DNA from: a virus
Length of the DNA stretch: 64,000 nucleotides
Direction: 5' to 3' (one strand)
Virus record (IMG/VR): IMGVR_UViG_3300023179_007063
Span: 1 to 64,000 of that record
Numbering within the stretch: position 1 is the first letter of the stretch; the number at the start of each line of letters is the position of its first letter. A model generated the notes under the pieces. That model did no database searches, was not told where the DNA came from, and saw nothing but the letters and a program-made list of their open reading frames with translations. Shown here piece by piece: positions 36,721 to 46,308 of this stretch. Made by a program: the position numbers and the translations under genes.

Positions 36721-38103
36721 TTATAGAATCTTAGATGCAAGCGTTGCGAGGTCGCTTCTCTCTCCCTTGAGGAGAGTGATGTGTCCTGCAATGTCGTATT
36801 CTTTGAACTTTTCAACGGCATAGGTAAGTCCATTGGTGAAAGTGTCAACATGAACGTTGTCGATCTGCTCGATGTCTCCTGTCAGAACTATCTTCGTTCC
36901 TTCACCGGCACGTGTGATGATCGTCTTGAGTTCGTGCAGCGTCAAGTTCTGAGCCTCGTCAATCACTATGAAAGCGTTTGGAATAGACCTACCACGAATG
37001 AAAGATATGGCCTCGATCTCTAGTAGACCTCTTGACTGTAGAAGCTCAAGGTAGGGATCATGAAATCCAGTAGCACCTTCCTCTGTCTTCTTCTTTCTAA
37101 TATTCTTATTCTTTCGTGAGGCACCAAGCAAGAATTCGAGACTGTCTCGTATCGGAGAGATCCAAGGCTCCATCTTTTCTTCCAGCGTACCAGGTAGGAA
37201 TCCGATGTCTCTACCGACAGGCTGAACAGGGCGTGACACGATTAACTTCTGATATCTCTGCTGATCGCCGATCGACTCAAGCTGCTCGAGTCCTGCGGCC
37301 ATTGCAATCAGAGTCTTGCCACAACCTGCACGACCTGTGAGAGTCACGAGTTTGACGTCTGGGTCCATCAGAAGATCGATAGAGAACTTCTGCTCTTTGT
37401 TCCTAGGGAATAAGCCAAAGACTTTTTCGATCTTTTTCAAGGGCATCAGACGCCCATTCTGAAAGCGAGCTAGAGCTGAGCTATTTGTGTTACCTTCACC
37501 ATCGACGTTCTTGAGGACTACTATCTCATTCGGTAGAACACACTTGTCTGTGACGATCGTAGCTTCAGGACAGATACCTGCATAGAAGTCTTCGATGACG
37601 CTAAGGTCCGTAATGATAACTTTTACGCCCGTATACAGCGTCTCTGTACTGTCCGCTACTTTCATAGAAAGGTAGTCTTGAGCAGATATTCCAAGGGCAG
37701 AGCACTTTATTCGAACGTTGATGTCCTTGGACACGAGGATGACGTTGGGATCAACGTTCTTCCTGTATCCATCGACAAATCCAAGAATCATGTTATCAAC
37801 GGACGTCGTTGACTTCAGCTCTGGTGGGAGACCCATGGTGTACTCGGGGCCAGATGACAATATTCTAAGAATTCCACCGGAAGGAAGCTTCACACCTATG
37901 ACAGCGTCGCGTCCTGCAAAGAGGTCATCCAGAGACCGATTGACTTCTCTGCAGTTTCTACCAATTTCGTCCGATCTGCTCTTGTGTTTGTCTAGCTCTT
38001 CAAGTACCAACATCGGAACGATGAGGTTATTGTCTTGAAAGTTATTGAGACACTTAGGATCACTGAGAAGGACATTCGTGTCCAAGATGAAAGTTTTTGT
38101 CAT
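36721..38103 (-). CDS. phoH: PIN-domain PhoH-family ATPase (PhoH2)
   Basis: PIN: ILDTNVLL, ELD, DNMIL, SKDINVR. PhoH: GRAGCGKT, GFLPG, RGRS, IDEAQN, GDIEQID. TGGTATAAT upstream. Confidence 0.93.
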   Translation of the reverse strand: MTKTFILDTNVLLSDPKCLNNFQDNNLIVPMLVLEELDKHKSRSDEIGRNCREVNRSLDDLFAGRDAVIGVKLPSGGILRILSSGPEYTMGLPPELKSTTSVDNMILGFVDGYRKNVDPNVILVSKDINVRIKCSALGISAQDYLSMKVADSTETLYTGVKVIITDLSVIEDFYAGICPEATIVTDKCVLPNEIVVLKNVDGEGNTNSSALARFQNGRLMPLKKIEKVFGLFPRNKEQKFSIDLLMDPDVKLVTLTGRAGCGKTLIAMAAGLEQLESIGDQQRYQKLIVSRPVQPVGRDIGFLPGTLEEKMEPWISPIRDSLEFLLGASRKNKNIRKKKTEEGATGFHDPYLELLQSRGLLEIEAISFIRGRSIPNAFIVIDEAQNLTLHELKTIITRAGEGTKIVLTGDIEQIDNVHVDTFTNGLTYAVEKFKEYDIAGHITLLKGERSDLATLASKIL

Positions 38104-38163
38104 GAATTATGAGACGTCTTTGAACAAGAAGATCTCTAAGCACAATTATACCATCTAACACCG

Positions 38164-38433
38164 ATGAGTACTGACAAAATAGGAAAGAAGCATCTACCCG
38201 TTGTAACGGGAGTCAAGTGTTATGAGGCTGTTGACAGACAAGGCTTGCCTTGCATGAGAAAGACATGTCAACAGTGGATCGAATATCCACAGGAGAAGAA
38301 CTGTGTAGTGCTAACAACACAAAAAGGCCCACTGACCTTGCGAGAGATTGGCAAGATCTATGGACTCACTAGAATGAGAATCTGTCAGATTGAAAAGAAT
38401 GTCTATCAGAAGATAAAGAAGCACATTCTTTAA
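38164..38433 (+). CDS. Stand-alone sigma70 region-4 HTH protein with Cys-rich N-terminus
   Basis: LTLREIGKIYGLTRMRICQIEK matches sigma 4.2 (TLEEVGxxFxVTRERIRQIE); four upstream Cys. Confidence 0.8.
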   Translation: MSTDKIGKKHLPVVTGVKCYEAVDRQGLPCMRKTCQQWIEYPQEKNCVVLTTQKGPLTLREIGKIYGLTRMRICQIEKNVYQKIKKHIL

Positions 38434-38804
38434 GCAGACTTCTTGCCAAACTTCTTCTTTGGCTTGTCTTGAGCAACTTCAGTCGGCTCATGCGTCTCTG
38501 GTTGCACGGCTTCTAACTCAGAGGTCGTCTCGGTGATAGTTGCGGCTGTTGATTCTTCGACTTGTACTTGAAGATCAGGTACTGTTACTTCGACTTTTTC
38601 TTCGCCTATTTTAACAACAGGCGGCGTTTGTGCAGAAATATTTTTTATCTCTGTAGCAATCTCTACTTTTTCTTCAGCAGAAGTCGAAAGAATAGCCTTT
38701 TGCTTGAGAGGCACAAGTCCGCTCTTTCCTGCGACATATGCCGCTTTGGGATCGAGATTCTTCTGTGCTAACTCTCTTAGTATCATCTGGTGTTGTCTGC
38801 TCAT
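38430..38804 (-). CDS. Hypothetical E/K/T-rich protein
   Basis: Start MSRQHQ at 38804, preceded by ATACATA at 5 nt. Confidence 0.6.
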   Translation of the reverse strand: MSRQHQMILRELAQKNLDPKAAYVAGKSGLVPLKQKAILSTSAEEKVEIATEIKNISAQTPPVVKIGEEKVEVTVPDLQVQVEESTAATITETTSELEAVQPETHEPTEVAQDKPKKKFGKKSA

Positions 38805-38876
38805 AATTGTATGTATCTCCTGGCTGCAAATATAGAACGAGACCCAGCATGCCAAGAAGCATGGGGTCTCGTTGTG

Positions 38877-39086
38877 TCACTTCTCTGTCTTGTTAGCCTT
38901 GTCCGTCTCAAGGGTGAGCTTGACAAGCTCCTTGGCAACGCCTTGAAGGTGGCGAAGACCCTTGCGTGCGCGTACGCCGGCAGCTGCTACGCCCTTCTCA
39001 CCATTCTTCAAGACGTCAACCTCAAGAGCCTCTACGAGAGACTTGAGCTCAGACCACTTTGTAAGTACAACACTTGAATCACTCAT
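38877..39086 (-). CDS. Histone H1-like Hc1-family nucleoid protein
   Basis: DVLKNGEKGVAAAGVRARKGL resembles the Hc1 KGNKAAGxRARK motif; strong AGGAGGT RBS. Confidence 0.75.
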   Translation of the reverse strand: MSDSSVVLTKWSELKSLVEALEVDVLKNGEKGVAAAGVRARKGLRHLQGVAKELVKLTLETDKANKTEK

Positions 39087-39110
39087 TTGAAAGATAAACC
39101 TCCTGCAGGA

Positions 39111-39139
39111 AATGTAACACAGGCATTAAAGGAGTAAAC
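39111..39139 (-). promoter_or_regulatory. T4-early-like promoter GTTTAC-N17-TACATT
   Basis: -35 at 39134-39139, -10 at 39111-39116, upstream of the Hc1-like gene. Confidence 0.6.
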
Positions 39140-39155
39140 TATCACTTCACAACTA

Positions 39156-40808
39156 TCACTTCACAAATGAGGCTTTAAAGTCTTCTGGAAACATGTGAAT
39201 GCTTCTTGTATAGAACTTGTCCCAATCAGAGTCCAAGATGTAGGAAACAGCATGATCTTTCTCATTCCTAATAGACCTACCGAAAGACTGAATGACTGAC
39301 TTTGCAGTCATATATGGATACCATGACTTATTCTTATCCATTCGCTTCTTGATCACTAGATCTCCTAGGTAAGGAAACGGAACCTTACACAAGATCTGAA
39401 ATCTGGATGCATCGTCGGATAGATCTACGCCCTCCATCATTGATGGGCTCAAGAGAACAGTGTGTTCGGAAGATTCGACATGCTTTCGGAGAACTTCGTC
39501 TCTATTGTTAGAGTCGTGTGTTAGAAGCCTGTTCGACCTAACGTTGTCGATCAGATACTTTGCAACTTTATAGTTTGTCGAATGGATGATGCCCTTCTCG
39601 GCCGGATGCTTATTAAGCAACATCTTGACAGCCTCAGCCAGGACAGGAAGTGTCTTGTCGATGTTGTCCTTTGACATGCTTCCTACGGGTATGTAATGGA
39701 TGGGTCGATTCTCAACAGGAAACGGTGAAGGCATTCGAAGGTAGGCGACTTCATCTGTGGGTAACCCAATGGACTTACAAAACACATCCTTGTCGACAAC
39801 AGTGGCCGACATTAACAAGACTCTTGCTCCGCTCTTGAAGAACACAGACGTACTATAAGGGCCTACATCGATGGGCTTAAACTCGAATTTTCGTGCTCCT
39901 CTTCTGTTGCCTTCCTGCGGATATGCAATGTTCATCACCCAGTTGTCATCTCTGTAGACTTCGATGAACTGCTCTACCTTACCAATGTGCTTCTCAAGCA
40001 TCTCTGCTTGCTTCGAGAACTCTCCGTATCCTTCAATGTCGCCTGATAGCTTTGCCAGGTTCTTGTCGAGGTCCTTCGCATACTTGTTGAGACTCTTCTT
40101 ATAGCCTGCTCGAATCCATTCGAACACTGCGGACTGTGAGTCAAGCTTTGGAACCTTACACTTCAAGACGTCGCGAGCAAACTTTTCAGAGAATGTGACC
40201 TCTACGAACTTACCAAGTTCTGTCTCTGTATTGTGGCATTCATCAACTACGAGCAGGGCTCGAGGTTCAAGTTTTCCTGCATACGTTGTCTCTGCAAGAA
40301 AATAAGAGAAATTGGTGATAGAGATAGGTGACTCAATAAAGTCTTGCTTTTCTAGAGCATATAGACAGCTGGTCTTACACTTCTTCTGAAACTCTGTTCC
40401 GTTTAGCTGCTTTCCTAGCTGTGCAAGTACTCTTCGCGACTGTCCGCAAGACTGATCAGTGTAAAACTGACACTTATAGTTAGAAGAAGACTTGATGGTT
40501 CGTATCAGATTCTTACCTGAGGCTGGACCGAAGTCATCCATGTACTGCTCTTGTAGAATCTTCTGTGTCGTGATGACGTATGCACCTGTCATTAATTCTC
40601 CGTCTGCATTCCTAACAGACGGAGCGTGCGCTTCCATGTATCTTGCTACTGTAATACCGATAGCAGACTTGCCGAGTCCAGTACCTGCTTCTAGTAGAAC
40701 GTACTTCTTTCCACTCTCATAGGCATCGATAGCAAACTCGATTGCTCGACGTTGCTGGTCTCTCATCTTTGTGAAGGGAAAATATTGGTCGTATTTGTGA
40801 AGCGGCAT
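39156..40808 (-). CDS. DinG/Rad3-family SF2 helicase
   Basis: Q motif RDQQ, EAGTGLGKS, four-Cys Fe-S region, VDECHN, MSAT, EGVDL, KVPFP, QSFGRSIR..D. Confidence 0.92.
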   Translation of the reverse strand: MPLHKYDQYFPFTKMRDQQRRAIEFAIDAYESGKKYVLLEAGTGLGKSAIGITVARYMEAHAPSVRNADGELMTGAYVITTQKILQEQYMDDFGPASGKNLIRTIKSSSNYKCQFYTDQSCGQSRRVLAQLGKQLNGTEFQKKCKTSCLYALEKQDFIESPISITNFSYFLAETTYAGKLEPRALLVVDECHNTETELGKFVEVTFSEKFARDVLKCKVPKLDSQSAVFEWIRAGYKKSLNKYAKDLDKNLAKLSGDIEGYGEFSKQAEMLEKHIGKVEQFIEVYRDDNWVMNIAYPQEGNRRGARKFEFKPIDVGPYSTSVFFKSGARVLLMSATVVDKDVFCKSIGLPTDEVAYLRMPSPFPVENRPIHYIPVGSMSKDNIDKTLPVLAEAVKMLLNKHPAEKGIIHSTNYKVAKYLIDNVRSNRLLTHDSNNRDEVLRKHVESSEHTVLLSPSMMEGVDLSDDASRFQILCKVPFPYLGDLVIKKRMDKNKSWYPYMTAKSVIQSFGRSIRNEKDHAVSYILDSDWDKFYTRSIHMFPEDFKASFVK

Positions 40809-40853
40809 CAGGAGGACACTACAGTGATGTTGGACAAGATTACACTCATAGCT

Positions 40854-41465
40854 TCATGAGTTATCGCCAATGATCTTATCAACTATGCCCAGTCTTATAG
40901 CCTCCTGCGGCTGTATGTAGACGTCATGACCAACTTTCATGAGTCTCTCTATCTCGTGCCTAGATGATCCCGTCTCCTTCACAATCGCTTCTATCATCTG
41001 GTTCTGTTGACGCTTCATCTCTTTCGTGTCATTTATCACCTCAAAGATGTTTCCGCCGGCGCCGCCGCTGACAGGATGGACCATGAGACGCGCAGATCTT
41101 CCTATCATCCTGTGCCCCTTGGCACCAGATGCTAGCAAGAGAACACCGGCAGACATCACTTTGCCCAATGCGACCGTATGAATCGGGCATGGTAAAAACT
41201 TGATCGTATCGTAAAGAGTAAACATCTCATCAACAGAACCGCCGTATGTCGAGATGATGAGATGAATCGGCTTGTTGTTCTGTGATGCAAGGTGAAGAAG
41301 CTGTGCTACGACGATCGTGATTGACTGCTCATTGACGTCTCCCGCCAAGACTACAATCCGTGCAGTGTCACCCGAAGCGATGTGCTGTATCTGAACACCC
41401 TCGGGACCTTCATTGTGTCCAGGCGATCGCCTCTTCGCTTCTATCGTAGCTGATGATCTTCCCAT
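40854..41465 (-). CDS. clpP: ClpP-like ATP-dependent protease proteolytic subunit
   Basis: ISTYGGSV, catalytic Ser in VMSAG, His in LMVHP, EAIRLGIVDKI. Confidence 0.88.
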   Translation of the reverse strand: MGRSSATIEAKRRSPGHNEGPEGVQIQHIASGDTARIVVLAGDVNEQSITIVVAQLLHLASQNNKPIHLIISTYGGSVDEMFTLYDTIKFLPCPIHTVALGKVMSAGVLLLASGAKGHRMIGRSARLMVHPVSGGAGGNIFEVINDTKEMKRQQNQMIEAIVKETGSSRHEIERLMKVGHDVYIQPQEAIRLGIVDKIIGDNS

Positions 41466-41734
41466 TACACAATCTCCTGTTCAGGGTCTGGTGGGGTTTC
41501 TTCCGAGAAGACTCTCGACACAAACATGTCTTTTCCCTTCAAGTCTGATATGAATTTTGTCACAGATTTCATCTCTTCGACGTTCTCGATCTCAAGAGAC
41601 AGTAGATGAATTATCAGCCATCTCTGTCTATCATTGATGCCGAACATGTTAATCTCTCTGACGATCTGTCGAGCTGCATTGTTGTCAGCAGCCAACTTCT
41701 CAGAAGCTGTCTGACCAAAAAACTCAGTGCTCAT
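41465..41734 (-). CDS. Hypothetical protein
   Basis: Coupled ORF, 89 aa. Confidence 0.65.
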   Translation of the reverse strand: MSTEFFGQTASEKLAADNNAARQIVREINMFGINDRQRWLIIHLLSLEIENVEEMKSVTKFISDLKGKDMFVSRVFSEETPPDPEQEIV

Positions 41735-42201
41735 AGTATGACTACCTCTTCTCTTGCAAAGGACTCAACTTTAAAGAAAGTCTCACTCATAATGACGGCG
41801 TACTTGCCTTGCTTCACTCCTGCATCTTCTTCTTGAGCAAGCAGTATGAAGTTTCCCCACTGCTTGTTCTCCAAGATAAACTTTGCCTGCTCCCAGACTG
41901 ATGTGTCGACGTTGTTTCTCTCTAAGATGTCAACTAAGTTTGATGGCAGACCAATTTTTATGTCTTCTATCGTTAAGATCGAAGACATGTTCTCTCGACC
42001 GGTCATTATAGTCGACGTGCATATGTCTGTGATCTTGTGTATGACACCACAGTTGTTACACTGCGCAAACTTAGAAACTACTGTATCGTCATCGTTGATG
42101 ACAGAAAAAACTATGAATCTGTGTGCTGGGGGATCGACTCGTCCCTTGAACGTCGGCAAGACGCATCGACATTTAATGAGATGTCGCTGACCTCGAGCCA
42201 T
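41731..42201 (-). CDS. Hypothetical zinc-ribbon protein
   Basis: KCRC...QCNNCG. Confidence 0.65.
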   Translation of the reverse strand: MARGQRHLIKCRCVLPTFKGRVDPPAHRFIVFSVINDDDTVVSKFAQCNNCGVIHKITDICTSTIMTGRENMSSILTIEDIKIGLPSNLVDILERNNVDTSVWEQAKFILENKQWGNFILLAQEEDAGVKQGKYAVIMSETFFKVESFAREEVVIL

Positions 42202-42461
42202 TACTTGTTTTTCGCCGTCTTGGATACGGTCTTGTGCTCTGAGACGATGTGATTATCAACTGACTTCTGAAAGACACGAATTGCCTTCTGATATCCCTCT
42301 CCAGCTGAAATTGAAACTAAGTTGACCAGCTTTGATAGCTGATCTTCTCTTATGTCTATTAGACCCGTCTTCGATGCTGTTATGAGGTTGTTGCTTATTG
42401 TGTCTTTCACGCTGTCGATTATCAGCTTGGTGTCGTGTACAATCTTATCGGAGGTCTTCAT
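42201..42461 (-). CDS. Hypothetical protein
   Basis: 86-aa ORF heading a coupled operon. Confidence 0.65.
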   Translation of the reverse strand: MKTSDKIVHDTKLIIDSVKDTISNNLITASKTGLIDIREDQLSKLVNLVSISAGEGYQKAIRVFQKSVDNHIVSEHKTVSKTAKNK

Positions 42462-42467
42462 AGCACA

Positions 42468-42496
42468 ATAGTAGGTCTATAGTCAACAGTGTAAAC
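42468..42496 (-). promoter_or_regulatory. T4-early-like promoter GTTTAC-N17-TACTAT, leaderless spacing
   Basis: -35 at 42491-42496, -10 at 42468-42473, 6 nt before ATG 42461. Confidence 0.65.
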
Positions 42497-43639
42497 TTAG
42501 ACGATCGCTGTACAGCTTTCTATTGTCGACATGAAGTGTTCATAGTGGCGCTTAGCTACTTCTGTTGCATCTTCTCTACACAGAAGAGCATGGCTCAGCC
42601 ATCGAATGACTTCGTCGAATTTCTGACGAGTTGCTTCATACATTGCGTCGTTCGATAGATAGATCGTGACGTGCGAAGACGTGAGAGATCGATATCTCTT
42701 GGAGAGAATGCTCTCTATCTCAGGTCGATCTTGTATCATCTTCTTTAAGTTCTGAACGTGATCTTCGACTCTCTGCGCTGTACGTCTGTTCTTTATCACA
42801 ACAGCAGCATCACGAATTGATATCTCATCTACTGCAGGTGATTTCTTCATGTCTATTGCAGACATTAAGTCCCCCTTAAGACTCGATGTGACGTCTGTAC
42901 CACATACGACTGCGATGTCTACCATGGTGTTTGCATTATCGACATCGAAAGGCACTCTTATCGGTATGATCTTGAATATGCCCCTGTCATTGTTGACCTT
43001 GATGGTATTCAGAACATCATCAGATAGTCCCCTAACGAAGAGCATGCACGTCTCTTTGTTCTCGGCAAGATACTCAAGAATGTGATGAATTTCACTGATG
43101 TTTTCTACGTAACCATCGATGCAAAGAACTGTTGCATTCCTATAAAGACCGGTCTGTTTTAGCAGCACAGGCAAGCTAAATACGTATCCATCCGTGGCTT
43201 CTACAAATGAAGCTAGTGATCTGGATTTTACAACAGACAATTTACCGGTGAGAGAAGACATGTCACATGCTAAAAGAAACATGTCGACCTCTCTCTTTCG
43301 AAGTCCTACGAAGAATAGTTTTTCTTCTATTCTATCCCGAGTAATGCCATTTATGGCATTTATGGCATTTATGGCATTTGATTCATAAGGTGCACCAGCT
43401 ACAAGCTTGAGTAACTGAATGCCGGCTCCGGCCGACGTCGTCTCTGCTTTCGAAGCATATGCTAGAAGCGTTTGATAGACCCCTGCTGTGCTTTTGTCTC
43501 TGTATTTCTTATCAAAGAATATCTGTAATCTACTTCTAAGACGTAAATTGTCACCTTCTACTGAAAGTGCAGACGTGACAGATTTTGAATTTTCTATGAA
43601 GCTTCTAATTTCTTGTAGCGACGCTTCTACTTTGTTCAC
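42497..43639 (-). CDS. Divergent GroEL/cpn60-like protein (apical domain conserved)
   Basis: IDGYVENISEIHHILE...LFVRGLSDDVLNTIKVN...IIPIRVPF...DIAVVCG resembles the GroEL apical region. Only 380 aa and no GDGTT motif. Confidence 0.7.
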   Translation of the reverse strand: MNKVEASLQEIRSFIENSKSVTSALSVEGDNLRLRSRLQIFFDKKYRDKSTAGVYQTLLAYASKAETTSAGAGIQLLKLVAGAPYESNAINAINAINGITRDRIEEKLFFVGLRKREVDMFLLACDMSSLTGKLSVVKSRSLASFVEATDGYVFSLPVLLKQTGLYRNATVLCIDGYVENISEIHHILEYLAENKETCMLFVRGLSDDVLNTIKVNNDRGIFKIIPIRVPFDVDNANTMVDIAVVCGTDVTSSLKGDLMSAIDMKKSPAVDEISIRDAAVVIKNRRTAQRVEDHVQNLKKMIQDRPEIESILSKRYRSLTSSHVTIYLSNDAMYEATRQKFDEVIRWLSHALLCREDATEVAKRHYEHFMSTIESCTAIV

Positions 43640-43645
43640 TCATCT

Positions 43646-43674
43646 ATCATACGACAAATCTGTGTATTGAACAA
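43646..43674 (-). promoter_or_regulatory. Sigma70-type promoter TTGTTC-N17-TATGAT, leaderless spacing
   Basis: -10 is 6 nt before GTG 43639. Confidence 0.55.
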
Positions 43675-43676
43675 GA

Positions 43677-44201
43677 TCACATGTGCTTCTCAATCCAATT
43701 GAAGATGAGCGTAATTGCTCCTCCGCCCAGGGCTACTACTATCCACTTGATGATCGATCCAGCCTGATCTTTTGATCTTGTAAGATGGTCGACGGTCTTT
43801 TCTAGCTGAACTATCTTGTCAGCATTATCATCGACATTTTGCTCGTGCTTCGTGTCTGACTTTTCTTGGTGTTTCTTCCATTCAGTAAGCTCTGCTAGCT
43901 TCTGTGACGTCTCACCGTGTTGTTGAGCGTTTTCAATCTTAGCAGCTCCGATCTTGGCAAAGATTCCATCGATAGGATCGTAGATCGAGTCGTGTATCTT
44001 GTCGACTTTTGTGACTATTTGTCCCTGGCATTGCTCGATTTTATCAATCTTGAATAGAAGAGTATCAAATCCACCGTTGAGAGCTGCGCTAGACGTTATC
44101 TTTCGCTGAATCTCCTCGAGCAGCTCTGACTCTTTCTTTTGTTCTATCTTCTGGTTCGTAACTGCAATAGGACGAACAGAAAGTCTTTTTGCCATGTACA
44201 T
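43677..44201 (-). CDS. Coiled-coil protein with C-terminal membrane anchor
   Basis: Heptad-rich body; C-term IIKWIVVALGGGAITLIFNW; CTACTTA/CTATTTA motifs upstream. Confidence 0.65.
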   Translation of the reverse strand: MYMAKRLSVRPIAVTNQKIEQKKESELLEEIQRKITSSAALNGGFDTLLFKIDKIEQCQGQIVTKVDKIHDSIYDPIDGIFAKIGAAKIENAQQHGETSQKLAELTEWKKHQEKSDTKHEQNVDDNADKIVQLEKTVDHLTRSKDQAGSIIKWIVVALGGGAITLIFNWIEKHM

Positions 44202-44279
44202 TCTCCGGGCGACTAAGTAGATTCCTCTCTTAAATAGTAAGAATTTTAAGTCTTAAAGAAAAAATAGGAATTCAGAGAA

Positions 44280-46295
44280 ATGGCAAATTTCAGAGACGCA
44301 GTGTTCGTAGATCCGAACAAATTAATACGCGATGATGCAGATATCATATTTGTTTCCGATCTTTTTGAAGAAGACTACGTCGGCGGTGCAGAGCTGACAA
44401 CTGAAGCTCTCATCCAGGAATCTCCCTACAAAATTCAGAAATTGCACTCAAGAGATGTGAAGTTAGCTCACCTGTCACAAGGCGTAGCTAAAACGTGGCT
44501 CTTCGGAAATTTCTCACAGATTAATCCCGAGCTAATCCCCAGCATCATTGCGAACCTTAAGTACTCGGTCTTAGAGTACGACTACAAGTATTGCAAGTAT
44601 AGATCACCAGAGAAGCATGAAGCATCTACTGGTGATAAGTGTGACTGCCAGAACAACCTATCGGGAAAGCTGGTCTCTGCTTTCTATTACGGTTCATTGT
44701 GCATGTGGTGGATGTCAGAGAAGCAGAAGCAAAGATATCTGGAACTGTTTCCGTTCTTGTCTGAGAAAGACAACATCGTACTATCTAGTGTATTTTCAAA
44801 AAATACTCTGGGCACCATCCAGATCCTACGAACAGCTGCTTCAAAGAACGAACGTAAGGGCTGGGTTGTCCTTGGTTCTGACTCTTGGGTAAAGGGGGCA
44901 GAGGCTGCCAAGAAGTGGTGCGAAGACAACGGCAAAGATGCTCAAGTCATTTGGAACTTGAGATACGATGAGACGCTAGCTAAGCTTGCAGCAGCTGAGG
45001 GTTTTGTTTATCTGCCAGCCGGCGCAGACACTTGTCCTCGAATGGTCATCGAAGCGAAGTTGCTAGGATGTAAGCTCGAGCTGAATGACAACGTTCAGCA
45101 CAGAGACGAAGAGTGGTTTGCAACCGACGACATCGACAGCATTCACGACTATCTATATGCAGCTCCTACAACTTTCTGGAACGTGATTCGACACCTCATG
45201 GATAAGAAGCCGACGATCTCAGGCTACACAACGACATACAACTGCGTAACACAAGGTTATCCGTTCGAGCAGAGCATCAGGTCCATGATGCAGTTCTGTG
45301 ATGAGGTATGCGTAGTCGATGGAGGATCTACTGATGAGACACCCGAGAAGCTCTTTCAGCTTCAGATGGAGAACAGCGGTCTAGACGGCAAAGGTCGAGA
45401 AGACTTCATGCTTAGTATGGAGACCGGTCCCGATGGGATCAAACTTCGAGATGCTATGGAAAAGCTCAATGAGATTTCCAAGGTCAAGGTCAAGTTCATT
45501 GCTAGAGACTGGTCACATCCACGTCATGCTGTGTTCGATGGCATGCAGAAGGCCGAGGCTAGGAAGATGTGCATGGGAGAGTTCTGCTGGCAGATGGATT
45601 CCGATGAGATAGTGCACGAAGACGACTTCTCGAAGGTGTCTGACTTGTGTAGCAAGATGCCTAAGAACGTTGATCTTATATCGCTCCCTGTCGTCGAGTA
45701 TTGGGGCGGCTCTGAAAAAGTTCGTGTCGACATACAGCCCTGGAAGTGGCGTCTCAGCAGAAACCAGTCGTACATAACTCACGGAATTCCCGTAGAGCTA
45801 CGTGCCAAAGATGGAAATGGAGACGTCTATGCTTCGAGTGGAACAGACGGTTGTGATCTGATCCACACAGAGTCAGGAGAACGTATACCGCACCTTACTT
45901 TCCACAACGAAGACTCTGAAAAGTTGAGGCTAGCTGCTATGTCAGGCAACGCCGCAGCACTCAAGCAGTATGAGACGTGGTTCAATGCCGTCGTAGAAAA
46001 CTTACCGGGCGTACACCACTATTCTTGGTTTGACATTCCCAGAAAGATGAGACTCTATCGTGACTACTGGACACGTCACTGGAACTCTCTGTTCAACAAG
46101 TCTCTCGAAGACACTGCAGAGACGAACATGATGTTTGATCTACCTTGGGCTGAAGTGACAGAAGAGATGATCGAGGCCCGTGCGAAAGAACTAGCAGAAA
46201 AGACGGGAGGTTGGATCTGGCATCAGAAGTGGAATGGTCAGAATATACCTTCGATCAAGTGCGGTAGAAGTCAACCAAATCTAATGGCTCTTTGA
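44280..46295 (+). CDS. Two-domain glycosyltransferase (GT-B-like + GT2)
   Basis: GGAELTT, KG..., DTCPRMVIEAKLLGC; then TTTYN..VVDGGSTDET..WQMDSDE. Confidence 0.85.
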   Translation: MANFRDAVFVDPNKLIRDDADIIFVSDLFEEDYVGGAELTTEALIQESPYKIQKLHSRDVKLAHLSQGVAKTWLFGNFSQINPELIPSIIANLKYSVLEYDYKYCKYRSPEKHEASTGDKCDCQNNLSGKLVSAFYYGSLCMWWMSEKQKQRYLELFPFLSEKDNIVLSSVFSKNTLGTIQILRTAASKNERKGWVVLGSDSWVKGAEAAKKWCEDNGKDAQVIWNLRYDETLAKLAAAEGFVYLPAGADTCPRMVIEAKLLGCKLELNDNVQHRDEEWFATDDIDSIHDYLYAAPTTFWNVIRHLMDKKPTISGYTTTYNCVTQGYPFEQSIRSMMQFCDEVCVVDGGSTDETPEKLFQLQMENSGLDGKGREDFMLSMETGPDGIKLRDAMEKLNEISKVKVKFIARDWSHPRHAVFDGMQKAEARKMCMGEFCWQMDSDEIVHEDDFSKVSDLCSKMPKNVDLISLPVVEYWGGSEKVRVDIQPWKWRLSRNQSYITHGIPVELRAKDGNGDVYASSGTDGCDLIHTESGERIPHLTFHNEDSEKLRLAAMSGNAAALKQYETWFNAVVENLPGVHHYSWFDIPRKMRLYRDYWTRHWNSLFNKSLEDTAETNMMFDLPWAEVTEEMIEARAKELAEKTGGWIWHQKWNGQNIPSIKCGRSQPNLMAL

Positions 46296-46308
46296 GAGAA
46301 GGAACCTA

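Noticed and set aside
43677-44201. Holin assignment for the C-terminally anchored coiled-coil protein
   Set aside because: A single hydrophobic segment and no adjacent endolysin; not enough to call.
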